Below, one piece after another: positions 37,269 through 47,212 of a DNA stretch of 64,000 nucleotides; position 1 is the first letter of the stretch; each line of letters opens with the position of its first letter. Made by a program: the position numbers and the translations under genes. Under the pieces are notes generated by a model. That model saw only the letters and a list, made by a program, of their open reading frames with translations, was not told where the DNA came from and did no database searches. This stretch comes from Candidatus Uhrbacteria bacterium (GTDB taxonomy: Bacteria; Patescibacteriota; Patescibacteriia; UBA9934; GWF2-40-263). Location of the stretch: assembly GCA_016188495.1 (NCBI GenBank), contig JACPHU010000013.1, forward strand, positions 5,498-69,497. The letters are read 5' to 3'.

Positions 37269-39164
37269 ATGAATATCCACGAAATTAGATCCGAATACCT
37301 TCGTTTTTTTAAAGAAAAAGGACACGCGATCCTTCCTTCCTCGTCTTTGGTTCCAAATAATGACCCCACAACGCTCTTTACAGGGTCCGGTATGCAGCCG
37401 ATGATTTCTTTTTTATTAGGAGAAAAACATCCACAAGGCAATCGGCTCGCTGATTCTCAAAAATGTTTTCGATCCCAGGATATTGATGAGGTGGGGGACA
37501 ATCGTCACACAACTTTTTTTGAAATGCTTGGTAATTGGTCGCTAGGGGATTATTTTAAACAGGAACAGATCCCTTGGATGTTTGATTTTTTAATGGGTAT
37601 CGGACTTGACCCTAAAAAATTGTATATTACCTGTTTTATCGGAGATGCTCAGTTTAATATTCCAAAAGACGTGGAGGCGGGGGAATTGTGGAAAAAACAG
37701 TTTGCCCGTGTTGGAATTGAAGCAGTGGATGCAGAAATAGGTTCTGAACAAGCTGGCTATGAGCGAGGAATGAAACTTGGGGAACGGATTTTTTATTATG
37801 ATGGAAAAAAGAATTGGTGGAATCGTGGAAAAACGGGTCCTACAACAACGATAGTAGGCGATCCTTGCGGCCCTGATTCTGAGATGTTTTATGATTTTGG
37901 AACCCCTCATGATCCTAAATGGGGTAAGGAATGCCATCCAAACTGTGATTGTGGGCGATTTATGGAGATTGGAAACAATGTATTCATGGCTTACTTAAAA
38001 AAGAGTGAAGATACTTTTGTTCCTTTGAATGCTCCTAATATTGATCATGGATCCGGTTTAGAACGCATTGCTGCAGCCGTTAATAATAATCCGGATGTAT
38101 TTGCTTTGGATGTATTTCAACCATTCTTTGCCCAAGTCAAAAATAATTTTGGATGGGACTATGAACACGCTACAGAAGACCAGAAACATACGTTACGCAT
38201 CATTGCCGATCATGTTCGAGCAACGGTCTTTTTGATCGGAGATGGAGTTTTACCATCCAATAAAGATCAAGGATATTTTGTTCGTCGTTTGATGCGACGA
38301 GCTATTTTTCGTGCCTGGCAGTTTTCAGATGGCGCTTCTCATCTTTATCAATCAGTAGAGACGTTTACTACGGCTTATAAAGAGACTTATCCTGATCTGG
38401 CGTTGAAAACAAAGGAAATCCAAAACGTATTTGAACAAGAAGAAGCCAAATTTCGCCGAACAGTAGAGAAAGGATATCGAGAGCTTCGTTCCATTGCCGA
38501 AAAGACAAAAACTTTCACAGGTAAAAATGCTTTTGATCTCTATCAATCTTACGGATTTCCCCTTGAACTCACTATTGAAGAATTACAACGATCTTTTGGA
38601 ATTACAGTGGATGTAGAGCAATTTCAAACAGAATTTAAGAAACATCAGGATCTTTCTCGAGCGGGTTCTGAACAAAAATTCGCTGGTGGTCTTGCGGATC
38701 ATTCGGAAGCCACAACACGTCTACATACCGCTACACACCTTCTTCATCAAACTCTTCGTATGGTCCTTGGAACCCATGTCGAACAAAAAGGATCCAATAT
38801 TACTCCAGAACGTCTTCGTTTCGACTTTTCTCATTCTGAAAAAATGACAGAAGAACAACTTCACGAAGTTGAACGCATGATCAACGAGATCATTTCAAAA
38901 AATCTTCCCGTACATTATGAAATACTGACCTTAGATGAAGCTAAAAAACGTGGAGCTATAGGTTTATTTGAAGATAAATATGCTCAATTAGATGGTCAAA
39001 TTAAAGTTTATTTTATCGGTGAAGAGGTTCTTGGCAATTATTTTAGTAAAGAAGTTTGTGGGGGACCTCATGTGGAAAGAACCGGAATGTTAGGATCTTT
39101 TAAAATCATGAAAGAAGAATCAGCCGCAAGCGGTATTCGAAGAATTAAAGCCGTTCTTGAATAA
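37269..39164 (+). CDS. alaS: Alanine--tRNA ligase (compact, lacking the C-Ala domain)
   Basis: DPTTLFT, RHTTFFEMLGNWS, HTATHLL, EVCGGPHV and GIRRI at the C-terminus. Confidence 0.95.
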   Translation: MNIHEIRSEYLRFFKEKGHAILPSSSLVPNNDPTTLFTGSGMQPMISFLLGEKHPQGNRLADSQKCFRSQDIDEVGDNRHTTFFEMLGNWSLGDYFKQEQIPWMFDFLMGIGLDPKKLYITCFIGDAQFNIPKDVEAGELWKKQFARVGIEAVDAEIGSEQAGYERGMKLGERIFYYDGKKNWWNRGKTGPTTTIVGDPCGPDSEMFYDFGTPHDPKWGKECHPNCDCGRFMEIGNNVFMAYLKKSEDTFVPLNAPNIDHGSGLERIAAAVNNNPDVFALDVFQPFFAQVKNNFGWDYEHATEDQKHTLRIIADHVRATVFLIGDGVLPSNKDQGYFVRRLMRRAIFRAWQFSDGASHLYQSVETFTTAYKETYPDLALKTKEIQNVFEQEEAKFRRTVEKGYRELRSIAEKTKTFTGKNAFDLYQSYGFPLELTIEELQRSFGITVDVEQFQTEFKKHQDLSRAGSEQKFAGGLADHSEATTRLHTATHLLHQTLRMVLGTHVEQKGSNITPERLRFDFSHSEKMTEEQLHEVERMINEIISKNLPVHYEILTLDEAKKRGAIGLFEDKYAQLDGQIKVYFIGEEVLGNYFSKEVCGGPHVERTGMLGSFKIMKEESAASGIRRIKAVLE

Positions 39165-39218
39165 AAAATACTTAAAAATTAGATTAAAAAACACTTTTGG
39201 TTATCCACGGAAGCATTC

Positions 39219-39247
39219 TTGACAATAGATCTGTTGATGAGTACAAT
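39219..39247 (+). promoter_or_regulatory. Consensus sigma70 promoter of the infA/ribosomal protein operon
   Basis: TTGACA-17nt-TACAAT. Confidence 0.75.
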
Positions 39248-39320
39248 ACCGGCGCATTAAATTTCACTGATTTCTTGTCATTTTTGTCCATAGGTGTTAG
39301 CATTGTTTCGTTATTTCATT

Positions 39321-39542
39321 ATGGAAAAGATGACCAAAGATTTCATTGAGATGCGGGGCACGGTAGAAGAACTTCTACCTGCTGCAAACTTCAAAATAAA
39401 ATTAGAAAATGGACAGCTTATTACGGGACATTTATCTGGAAAAATGAGAAAGTTTCGAATCAGAATTCTTCCAGGTGATGATGTAAAGGTAGAAATCAGT
39501 CCGTACGATCTTACAAAAGGTCGAGTTGTATATAGATTTTAG
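39321..39542 (+). CDS. infA: Translation initiation factor IF-1
   Basis: [29 protein letters not shown]. Confidence 0.97.
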   Translation: MEKMTKDFIEMRGTVEELLPAANFKIKLENGQLITGHLSGKMRKFRIRILPGDDVKVEISPYDLTKGRVVYRF

Positions 39543-39578
39543 CAAACGTCATCGATCGTTTCGATGGCGTTTATAATT

Positions 39579-39692
39579 ATGAAAGTACGAGCTTCAGCAA
39601 AAAAGATTTGTCGCGATTGTAAGGTCACTCGACGAGAAGGTCGTGTGGTTGTTCTTTGTAAGAATCCTCGTCATAAACAACGACAAGGTTAA
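39579..39692 (+). CDS. rpmJ: 50S ribosomal protein L36
   Basis: Below the ORF-track cutoff; manual translation [37 protein letters not shown]. Confidence 0.97.
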   Translation: MKVRASAKKICRDCKVTRREGRVVVLCKNPRHKQRQG

Positions 39693-39701
39693 ACTTTAAC
39701 T

Positions 39702-40088
39702 ATGGCACGTATAGCAGGAGTCACAATTCCGTCAGACAAGCGTATCGTTATTGCTCTAACGTATATTTATGGCGTAGGACTTACCACGTCGAAAAAAATC
39801 CTTTCTCAAGCAGAAGTCGATGAAAATATTCGTACAAAAGATTTGAATGACGATCAAGTGAATAATATCAGAGTTCTTCTTGAAAAAAATTATCGACTTG
39901 AAGGAGATCTTCGACGAGATAAAATTTCCAACATTAAACGCCTCAAGGAGATCAACTCTTATAGAGGAAGTCGTCATGCCAAGAATCTTCCTGCGAGAGG
40001 TCAACGTACCAAATCAAATTCTCGTACCGTTAGAGGAAACGTTCGACGTACAACAGGAAGCGGTCGACGAACTCTTACAAAGACCTAA
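39702..40088 (+). CDS. rpsM: 30S ribosomal protein S13
   Basis: [15 protein letters not shown] and YRG.RH...LP.RGQRT. Confidence 0.98.
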   Translation: MARIAGVTIPSDKRIVIALTYIYGVGLTTSKKILSQAEVDENIRTKDLNDDQVNNIRVLLEKNYRLEGDLRRDKISNIKRLKEINSYRGSRHAKNLPARGQRTKSNSRTVRGNVRRTTGSGRRTLTKT

Positions 40089-40091
40089 ACT

Positions 40092-40490
40092 ATGACAGTA
40101 CAGACGAAAACAAAGACTCGAACAAAGAAAAAGGTGACCCATCAAATTTCACAGGGTTGTGCTTATATTCAAGCAACATATAACAATACAATCATTACTC
40201 TTACGGATTTAAATGGAAATACGTTGGGTTGGTCCAGTGCAGGAAATTGTGGTTTTAAAGGACCAAAAAAATCGACTCCTTACGCTGCCAGTATTGTTGT
40301 AAAAACTGTTGCTGATCGAGTTAAAGAAATTGGACTTCGAGAATTGAACGTTTATGTAAAAGGAGTGGGTACAGGACGTGATTCTGCGATTAGAGCACTT
40401 AATGCTAATGGATTCCAAGTACTTTCATTAAAAGATACCACACCACTACCTCATAACGGTTGTCGTCAATCCAAACCACGACGCGTCTAA
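40092..40490 (+). CDS. rpsK: 30S ribosomal protein S11
   Basis: NNTIIT, KSTPYAA and TPLPHNGCR. Confidence 0.98.
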   Translation: MTVQTKTKTRTKKKVTHQISQGCAYIQATYNNTIITLTDLNGNTLGWSSAGNCGFKGPKKSTPYAASIVVKTVADRVKEIGLRELNVYVKGVGTGRDSAIRALNANGFQVLSLKDTTPLPHNGCRQSKPRRV

Positions 40491-40493
40491 GAT

Positions 40494-41108
40494 ATGGCAA
40501 AACAGCGAACACCAATTGTAAAACTTTCACGCCGACTCGGTATTGTTTTGGGTAAAGAAAAATATGTTCGACGTCGAGCATATCCTCCAGGAGTTCATGG
40601 ACCAAAACAAGCTAAAAATAGATCCAGACTTTCCGCGTTTGGAGAACAGTTGAGAGAAAAACAAAAAGCCAAGGCTATTTACGGTATTCTTGAAAAACAG
40701 TTTTCTGGTTATTTTGAAAAAGCATCTCGTAAAGAGGGAAATACAGCAGAAAGTCTTGTGCGTTTATTAGAGCTTCGACTTGATAACGTTGTTTATCGTC
40801 TCGGTTGGGCTAGAACTCGAAGACAGGCACGACAAATAGTTAATCACGGTTTTATTTTAGTGAATGGAAGTTCCGTAGATATCCCTTCTTATAGTGTATC
40901 TATGGGTGATGAATTAGCTATTAAGCCTTCTAAAGTTGAGAAAGGTATTATAAAGATGATCCCTGAGGCGGTGAATTTAGGCACGTTGCCAAGATGGATT
41001 GCTCGTGATGAAAAGGCTGTCACAGGAAAAATTACATCAATTCCTGAGGGGGAGGACCTTGATCAAGGTTTTGACCCAACACTCATCGTCGAGTTCTACT
41101 CACGATAA
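40494..41108 (+). CDS. rpsD: 30S ribosomal protein S4
   Basis: PGVHG, QLREKQK, LELRLDNVVYR and VEFYSR. Confidence 0.98.
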   Translation: MAKQRTPIVKLSRRLGIVLGKEKYVRRRAYPPGVHGPKQAKNRSRLSAFGEQLREKQKAKAIYGILEKQFSGYFEKASRKEGNTAESLVRLLELRLDNVVYRLGWARTRRQARQIVNHGFILVNGSSVDIPSYSVSMGDELAIKPSKVEKGIIKMIPEAVNLGTLPRWIARDEKAVTGKITSIPEGEDLDQGFDPTLIVEFYSR

Positions 41109-41123
41109 TCATCTATATTTTGT

Positions 41124-41864
41124 ATGGAGAATATTCTTCTTCCATCACGTATCCAATATCAAGACGCTGAACGTCCAAACGAAGGTATTTTAACTGTGGA
41201 ACCTTGTTTTCACGGATATGGTACAACGTTAGGAAATGCTCTTAGACGAGTCTTGCTCTCATCTCTTCCAGGTGCTGCAGTAACAGCAGTAAAAATCAAA
41301 GGGGTAAATCATGAATTTCAGTCTGTAAAAGGTATTAAAGAAGATGCTCTTGAGATTATCTTAAATCTCAAATCATTGCGTATGAAGTGTTTTTCTGATG
41401 AACCGGTTAAATTAAATTTAACTTTTAGTGGTTCAAAAGTTGTAACTGCTGCTGACATTACACCAAATGCTGATGTAGAAATTATTAATTCTGACTTGGT
41501 TATTGCTACTGTTACTGAAGACAAAGCAAATCTAGAAATGGAGTTAACAGTCAGAAGAGGACGTGGATATAGCACAAGCGAAGAACGTGTAGATGAAAAT
41601 AGAGAATTGGGAACCATTGCTATTGATGCATTATTCTCACCTGTAAGAAATGTAGGTTATCGTGTTGAAGATACTCGTGTGGGCGAAATTACAAACTATG
41701 ATAAGCTCATCATGAATATCGAAACAGATGGGTCTATTTCACCTAAAGAGGCTGTTCAAGAATCTGCAAAAATTTTGATTGACTATTTTTCAATCTTGAT
41801 AAATAATGCCAATCCTTCCTCAGCATTGGAATCGTTTGAAACAGATCAAAAAGGTGCGTTTTAG
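41124..41864 (+). CDS. rpoA: RNA polymerase alpha subunit (NTD only)
   Basis: GYGTTLGNALRRVLLSSLPG, GRGY, DALFSPV and IETDGSI.P; ends at 246 aa. Confidence 0.96.
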   Translation: MENILLPSRIQYQDAERPNEGILTVEPCFHGYGTTLGNALRRVLLSSLPGAAVTAVKIKGVNHEFQSVKGIKEDALEIILNLKSLRMKCFSDEPVKLNLTFSGSKVVTAADITPNADVEIINSDLVIATVTEDKANLEMELTVRRGRGYSTSEERVDENRELGTIAIDALFSPVRNVGYRVEDTRVGEITNYDKLIMNIETDGSISPKEAVQESAKILIDYFSILINNANPSSALESFETDQKGAF

Positions 41865-41883
41865 AAAGGGATAGAAATATTTT

Positions 41884-42234
41884 ATGCGTCATAGAAAAAA
41901 AGGAAAAATTTTAGGTAGAGTAAAGGCATCGCGAGAAGCTTTGCTTAGAAATCTTGCGGCAAATATTATACTTTACGAAAAAATTACGACAACGGAAGCA
42001 AAAGCAAAAGCCGTTAAACCTTTTGTTGAAAAAGCTATTACTTCTGGAAAAGTAGCTTCACTTACTTCTCGACGTAAGTTAATGAGTTTTTTTTATACCG
42101 AACATCCAGTAAAGAAAATTATTGAAGTCCTTGGTCCTCGTTATTTGAAACGACCTGGTGGATACACTCGTATCATTAAATTAGGTCACAGAAAAAATGA
42201 TGGGGCTGACATGGTTCAAATAGAACTTGTATAG
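41884..42234 (+). CDS. rplQ: 50S ribosomal protein L17
   Basis: MRH, TTEAKAK and RPGGYTRI. Confidence 0.98.
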   Translation: MRHRKKGKILGRVKASREALLRNLAANIILYEKITTTEAKAKAVKPFVEKAITSGKVASLTSRRKLMSFFYTEHPVKKIIEVLGPRYLKRPGGYTRIIKLGHRKNDGADMVQIELV

Positions 42235-42237
42235 TAT

Positions 42238-42597
42238 ATGACAGTTATGCAGAGGGAAATTCAAACAATTGATGCACAAGGAAAATCTCCAGGTCGTCTT
42301 GCCTCAGAGATCGCTCGTTTTCTTATTGGAAAACATAAACCTACCTACACCCCTCATATTGATGACGGTGATCACGTGCAAGTAATCAATGCGGCAAAAA
42401 TGACTGTTACTGCGAAAAAACTTGATCAAAAAGTTTATACGCATCATACAGAATTTGCTCATGGTTTACGTCAGGAATCTATGGCTAAAGTTTGGTCTAT
42501 AGATCCATCTGAAGTTCTTCGAAGAGCTGTTTCACGAATGCTTCCGAAAAATAAACACCGCAACGAGAGATTAAAACGTCTTCTTGTAACGAACTAG
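42238..42597 (+). CDS. rplM: 50S ribosomal protein L13 (short)
   Basis: IDA.G..GRLAS, GKHKP.YTPH.D.GD and AVSRMLPKN. Confidence 0.95.
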   Translation: MTVMQREIQTIDAQGKSPGRLASEIARFLIGKHKPTYTPHIDDGDHVQVINAAKMTVTAKKLDQKVYTHHTEFAHGLRQESMAKVWSIDPSEVLRRAVSRMLPKNKHRNERLKRLLVTN

Positions 42598-42603
42598 ACT
42601 GAT

Positions 42604-43011
42604 ATGACAAGTAGTAACCAGACTAAATATATTGAAGCTCTTGGACGTCGTAAGGCTGCCGTTGCGCGTGTGAGACTTTATTCAGGCGGAACAGGATCTA
42701 TTAAGGTTAACGATCGTCTTTTGAAAGAGTACTTGCCTGTTGAAATAATGCAACAATCAGTTGTCTCTCCCTTGCGAGAAACTGGTATGGAAAATGTATT
42801 TGATATCACCGTTCATGTAACAGGTGGTGGTATCCATGGACAGGCAGACAGTATCAGACTCGGAATTGCTCGTGCTCTTATTGATTTCAATCCAGAATTT
42901 AGAAGCTCTCTTAAAAAAGTTGGATTTCTTACCAGAGATGCTAGAATAAAAGAACGAAAGAAGTACGGAAAGAAATCAGCTCGTCGTTCGCCACAATGGT
43001 CAAAACGTTAG
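42604..43011 (+). CDS. rpsI: 30S ribosomal protein S9
   Basis: GRRKAAVARV, GGG..GQA, LTRD.R..ERKK and QWSKR. Confidence 0.98.
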   Translation: MTSSNQTKYIEALGRRKAAVARVRLYSGGTGSIKVNDRLLKEYLPVEIMQQSVVSPLRETGMENVFDITVHVTGGGIHGQADSIRLGIARALIDFNPEFRSSLKKVGFLTRDARIKERKKYGKKSARRSPQWSKR

Positions 43012-43039
43012 AAAGTGGCTTGCACAATTGGAAATTTTT

Positions 43040-43067
43040 AAAACACCCATTCACAATGGGTGTTTTT
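43040..43067 (+). terminator. Terminator of the ribosomal operon
   Basis: AAAACACCCATT-CAC-AATGGGTGTTTTT. Confidence 0.8.
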
Positions 43068-43137
43068 GTTATTTAAGTATTTTTTAAAAAATACCAGTCC
43101 TTTTTTAAAAAGAAGAAATTGACTATAATGCGACCGT

Positions 43138-44574
43138 GTGACGAATAAAGTTGCCAGAAATACGCTCTACTTAACAGGTGCTTCTATTGGACAAAAGATC
43201 ATCGCTTTTATCTATTTTTTATTTTTAGCAAGAATAATGATGCCGGAACAAACAGGACAGTATTTTCTTGCTATTTCGATTACATCTATTTTTTCTGTTA
43301 TTGCCGATTTTGGTATCACATCTGTTATTACTCGAGAAATCGCTAAAGACGAAATGCAAGCAAGATCTCTTGTTTCTAATGCTATTAGTTTAAAAATCAT
43401 ACTTACGATTACGGCTGTTGCGGTGACATTAATCGCAAGTTATTTTTTACATTACGGTTCAACCATTCAATTTTTAATTTTTTTAGCTTCTCTTGTCCTT
43501 GTTCTGGATGCTTTTCAAGTTTTCTTTTACGGAATTCTTAGAGGATTCCAGTCTTTAGAATTTGAATCTTTAGGTGTTTTTGTTGGCATGCTTACCACAG
43601 CCTTATTCGGTGGTTTTATTCTTTGGTTTTATCCATCTTTACCCCTTTTGGTGGTTGCTTTAGTCTTAGGAAGTTTTGTGAACGTGATTGTTTCTTTGAT
43701 TCATGTTGCTAGACATATGGGTTGGAACGTTCTGATTCCATCATTAAACAAGAAGGATTTATCTTGGCTTTTAAAAGCAGCTTTTCCTTTCGCTTTGGCA
43801 GCTATTTTTGTAAAGATTTATTCCTATGTAGATACTATTTTTATTTCTAAATTTCTTGACCCTGCTTCTTTGGGATTTTATGCAATTGCTTATAAGTTTA
43901 CTTATGCTTTCCAATTTCTTCCAATGGCCTTTGTAGCCGCTCTTTATCCGGGTATGAGTGCTCTGGTTGATAAAGATCCGAACGCTTTAGAAGCAGTGTT
44001 ATCTCGCTCTATGTGGTATGTGGCTGTTATTTCAGCCCCTATCGTTTTTGGTCTTTATGCTATTGCTTCTGAGGTCGTTCAGCTTGCCGGTCCTGAATAT
44101 GTGTCAGCGACCGTTGTTCTTCAGGTTCTTATTTTTGTTCTCATTCCTATTTTTTTAGATTTTCCCATAGGTTCGTTACTTAATGCATCAAATCGTCAAT
44201 CTATTAAAACGACAATTATGGGAGTAACCATGATCATAAACGTTTTTCTCAATGCTATTCTTATTCCTCGCATCGGAATTATAGGAGCTGCTTATGCGTC
44301 TTTATTTAGCTTTCTTTTTATGTTTTTGGTGGGATTTTATTTCATTCGATCTGTTATTCCCAATTTTTCTCACTGGGGATTGTTAAAAACACTTCTACCT
44401 ATTTATACGAGCGGAATTATCATGTTGATGGCCGTTCTCATTTTAAAACCAATTCTTGGTTGGATCTTTGTTATTCCAGTAGGTGGAGTTATTTACCTTT
44501 TCTTTTTATTATTTTTAGGGGTTTTTACAGAAAGTGATAAGTCTTTTTTCAAATTTAAACGTCATCGTGTATGA
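43138..44574 (+). CDS. Wzx-like oligosaccharide flippase
   Basis: VARNT..., ADFGI....TRE, DTIFI, GFYAIAYK; about 14 TM segments. Confidence 0.88.
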   Translation: MTNKVARNTLYLTGASIGQKIIAFIYFLFLARIMMPEQTGQYFLAISITSIFSVIADFGITSVITREIAKDEMQARSLVSNAISLKIILTITAVAVTLIASYFLHYGSTIQFLIFLASLVLVLDAFQVFFYGILRGFQSLEFESLGVFVGMLTTALFGGFILWFYPSLPLLVVALVLGSFVNVIVSLIHVARHMGWNVLIPSLNKKDLSWLLKAAFPFALAAIFVKIYSYVDTIFISKFLDPASLGFYAIAYKFTYAFQFLPMAFVAALYPGMSALVDKDPNALEAVLSRSMWYVAVISAPIVFGLYAIASEVVQLAGPEYVSATVVLQVLIFVLIPIFLDFPIGSLLNASNRQSIKTTIMGVTMIINVFLNAILIPRIGIIGAAYASLFSFLFMFLVGFYFIRSVIPNFSHWGLLKTLLPIYTSGIIMLMAVLILKPILGWIFVIPVGGVIYLFFLLFLGVFTESDKSFFKFKRHRV

Positions 44575-45668
44575 GTCAAAAAAAGATGTTACTCATCACG
44601 CCAGATTTTCCACCTCACAAAGGTGGCGTTGCAACGTATCTTTCTACATTCGCTTTTTATTTCAAAGAAAAAATAGAAATTTTGACCCAAACTGACCCTC
44701 AATCCCATTTTTTTGATGTGGGAGTTGAATATCCGGTTTATCGAAAATCTTTGTTTTTTAAATGGATATGGCCACACTGGTTGAAGATGGTGATGTATCT
44801 TTTTCTTTATCGTCACGATTACCGGCTTATTTTAGTCAGTCATCTTTTGCCTGTTGGCACTGCAGCTTTATTAGCCAAAAAACTAACAAAAATTCCTTAC
44901 GTTGTTTTTATTCATGGAATGGATTTACGCCTAGCTAATACATCGTGGAAAAAACATTATTTGAGTGCTGAAGTACTCAGGGAAGCTCAACTCGTGGTTG
45001 CAAATTCAAAAGCTCTTGCAAAAGAAATAACAAACATTTACAGGATATCAAATGTACTTGTTTTATATCCTTGTCTTTTCCCACAAAAAGATAACATTTC
45101 AGTCGTTGTGAAGAATGAGTCTGTTTTTACGTTACTTACAGTTAGCCGTCTTGTGCAACGCAAGGGGCACATTCCCGTTCTTCATGCACTTGCTAACCTT
45201 AAAAATTCCGGAAAGCTTTCACATTTTCTGTACCATATCGTTGGTCATGGTCCTATGGAGCCGATACTTAAATCCCTCGTTTTAGAATTAGGTTTGGAAA
45301 AACAAGTTGTTTTTCATGGAAATGTCAGTGATGATGATCGTGGAAGTTTCTATACATCTGCCGATATATTTATTATGCCTGTTTCTCTAGATCCTGTTGA
45401 TAAAGAGGGATTCGGTCTTGTCTTTATAGAAGCGGCTCAAGCGGGACTTCCTTCTCTTTCTACAAATATTGAAGGAGTGAACGAGGCTATTATTGATGGG
45501 GAAACGGGTATTCTTCTTCCGGATCAAAATGAACAGGTTCTTGCAGAGGCCATTTTTACCCTTTACTCAAACCGATCTTTACGCCAAAGATTATCTGACA
45601 ATGCCCGCAGACACGCACAAACATTTTTGTTTGATGTTCAAATGAAAAAAATCGAGCCCTACTTATGA
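44571..45668 (+). CDS. Glycosyltransferase family 4
   Basis: DFPP..GG, VSRLVQRKG and EGFGLVFIEA. Confidence 0.92.
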   Translation: MSQKKMLLITPDFPPHKGGVATYLSTFAFYFKEKIEILTQTDPQSHFFDVGVEYPVYRKSLFFKWIWPHWLKMVMYLFLYRHDYRLILVSHLLPVGTAALLAKKLTKIPYVVFIHGMDLRLANTSWKKHYLSAEVLREAQLVVANSKALAKEITNIYRISNVLVLYPCLFPQKDNISVVVKNESVFTLLTVSRLVQRKGHIPVLHALANLKNSGKLSHFLYHIVGHGPMEPILKSLVLELGLEKQVVFHGNVSDDDRGSFYTSADIFIMPVSLDPVDKEGFGLVFIEAAQAGLPSLSTNIEGVNEAIIDGETGILLPDQNEQVLAEAIFTLYSNRSLRQRLSDNARRHAQTFLFDVQMKKIEPYL

Positions 45669-46369
45669 GTCGACTCTCTGTTATTATTCCAACCTATCAA
45701 CATGCGATGACACTCTCTCGTTGTTTAGATGCGATTTTTCTTCAATCTCGTTTACCGGAAGAAATTATCATTGTCGATGACGGATCTACCGATGGAACAA
45801 GGAAATTGTTAGATCCTTATATGGATCGTGTTCAATATGTTTTTCAAAAAAATCAAGGAGCTCCCGTAGCGCGCAATAACGGTTTCCATCTTTCTACAGG
45901 CGATCTTGTGATTTTTTGTGATGCGGATGCGATTCTTGAACCTGTCATGTTCGAGGTGCTAGAAAGCGCATTAAACAACCATCCTGAGGCATCATGGGCT
46001 TATTCAAGTTTTTATTGGGGGCAGAAATTATTTCGTGGCAAATCTTTTGCTGTAGAGTCTCTGAAAGAACACAATTATATTCACACAACATCACTTATTC
46101 GCAGACAAGACTTTCCCGGGTTTGATCCTTCTCTCAAACGATTTCAGGATTGGGATTTATGGCTTACGATGTCTGAACAGGGGAAAAAGGGGATTTTTGT
46201 TGATCAAACATTATTTCAAATTTTGATTGAAAAAAAACGTTCTGCCTACTCTACATGGCTTCCAAAATTGGCTTATAAAATTCCATGGAAGAAATTTGGT
46301 TGGGAACCCGAATCTATTCGAAAACATGAAATGGCTAAAAAGATTATTGTTGAGAAACATGCATTATGA
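45665..46369 (+). CDS. Glycosyltransferase family 2
   Basis: SVIIPTY, VDDGSTD, ARNNG, DAD and QDWDLW. Confidence 0.92.
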   Translation: MSRLSVIIPTYQHAMTLSRCLDAIFLQSRLPEEIIIVDDGSTDGTRKLLDPYMDRVQYVFQKNQGAPVARNNGFHLSTGDLVIFCDADAILEPVMFEVLESALNNHPEASWAYSSFYWGQKLFRGKSFAVESLKEHNYIHTTSLIRRQDFPGFDPSLKRFQDWDLWLTMSEQGKKGIFVDQTLFQILIEKKRSAYSTWLPKLAYKIPWKKFGWEPESIRKHEMAKKIIVEKHAL

Positions 46370-47211
46370 TTTCTGTTGTAACGGTTAATTATAAAACAAT
46401 GGATTATACGCTTCGCATGCTTGAATCTTTGTTTTTACATCATTCAAAAGAAGACGTAGAAGTTTTTGTTGTAGAAAATGCCTCTGGAGATTCAGTGACC
46501 CAACTTATAGAGCAATTTCCACAGGTTCATTTGATTCAAACACAGACAAATCTGGGATTTGCGGGTGGGTGTAATCAGGCGATGAAACAAGCAACCGGGG
46601 ATTTTATCGTTCTCGTCAATCCTGATATTCTTTTTGATAATGATGCTCTTTTTCAAATAGCAGAAAAGATGAAACATTCTTCTGACGTAGGAATAGGCGG
46701 CATTTCTTTGAAGAATATTGATGGAACGCAACAAGCGTGCGTGTGGTCTTTTCCTCAGCCGCTCGATCAATGTTTATTACTTTTTAAAATTCCACATCTG
46801 CTTCCAAATACAAAATCATTGAAACGATGGCTCATGAAAGACTTCGATTATCGTCAATCATCTGACGTGGATCAGGTCATGGGGGCTTTTTTCTGTATAA
46901 GACGTCAAGTGATTGAAGAAATAGGCATGTTGGATGACGGATTTTTTATGTGGTATGAGGAAGTAGATTTTTGTCAAAGGGCAAAAAAAGCTGGATGGCG
47001 TATTCGTTATTATGCTGATATTCAAACAAGACATAAAAAAGGAGCGAGTTTTGACCAAATAAGAACCATGAAAAAACAATCCATGCTTCGTCGCAGTATT
47101 AGGCGTTATATGTTTAAACATTATGGAGTAAGTACTGGAATCGTTTTTTTGATCCTCGAACCTTTCTTTTGGATGGCGAGTCTTTTAGCCTCCGTTATTA
47201 AACCTCAGTGA
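46366..47211 (+). CDS. Glycosyltransferase family 2 (rhamnosyltransferase-like)
   Basis: VENAS, NLGFAGGCN, NPD and FFMWYEEVD. Confidence 0.9.
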   Translation: MISVVTVNYKTMDYTLRMLESLFLHHSKEDVEVFVVENASGDSVTQLIEQFPQVHLIQTQTNLGFAGGCNQAMKQATGDFIVLVNPDILFDNDALFQIAEKMKHSSDVGIGGISLKNIDGTQQACVWSFPQPLDQCLLLFKIPHLLPNTKSLKRWLMKDFDYRQSSDVDQVMGAFFCIRRQVIEEIGMLDDGFFMWYEEVDFCQRAKKAGWRIRYYADIQTRHKKGASFDQIRTMKKQSMLRRSIRRYMFKHYGVSTGIVFLILEPFFWMASLLASVIKPQ

Positions 47212-47212
47212 T

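Noticed and set aside
39201-39209. DnaA-box-like TTATCCACG suggesting oriC
   Set aside because: Single imperfect box; no box cluster and no dnaA/dnaN in the window.
39544-39572. Hairpin between infA and rpmJ
   Set aside because: Short stem without the core motifs of the 130-nt element; probably a local processing or terminator hairpin.
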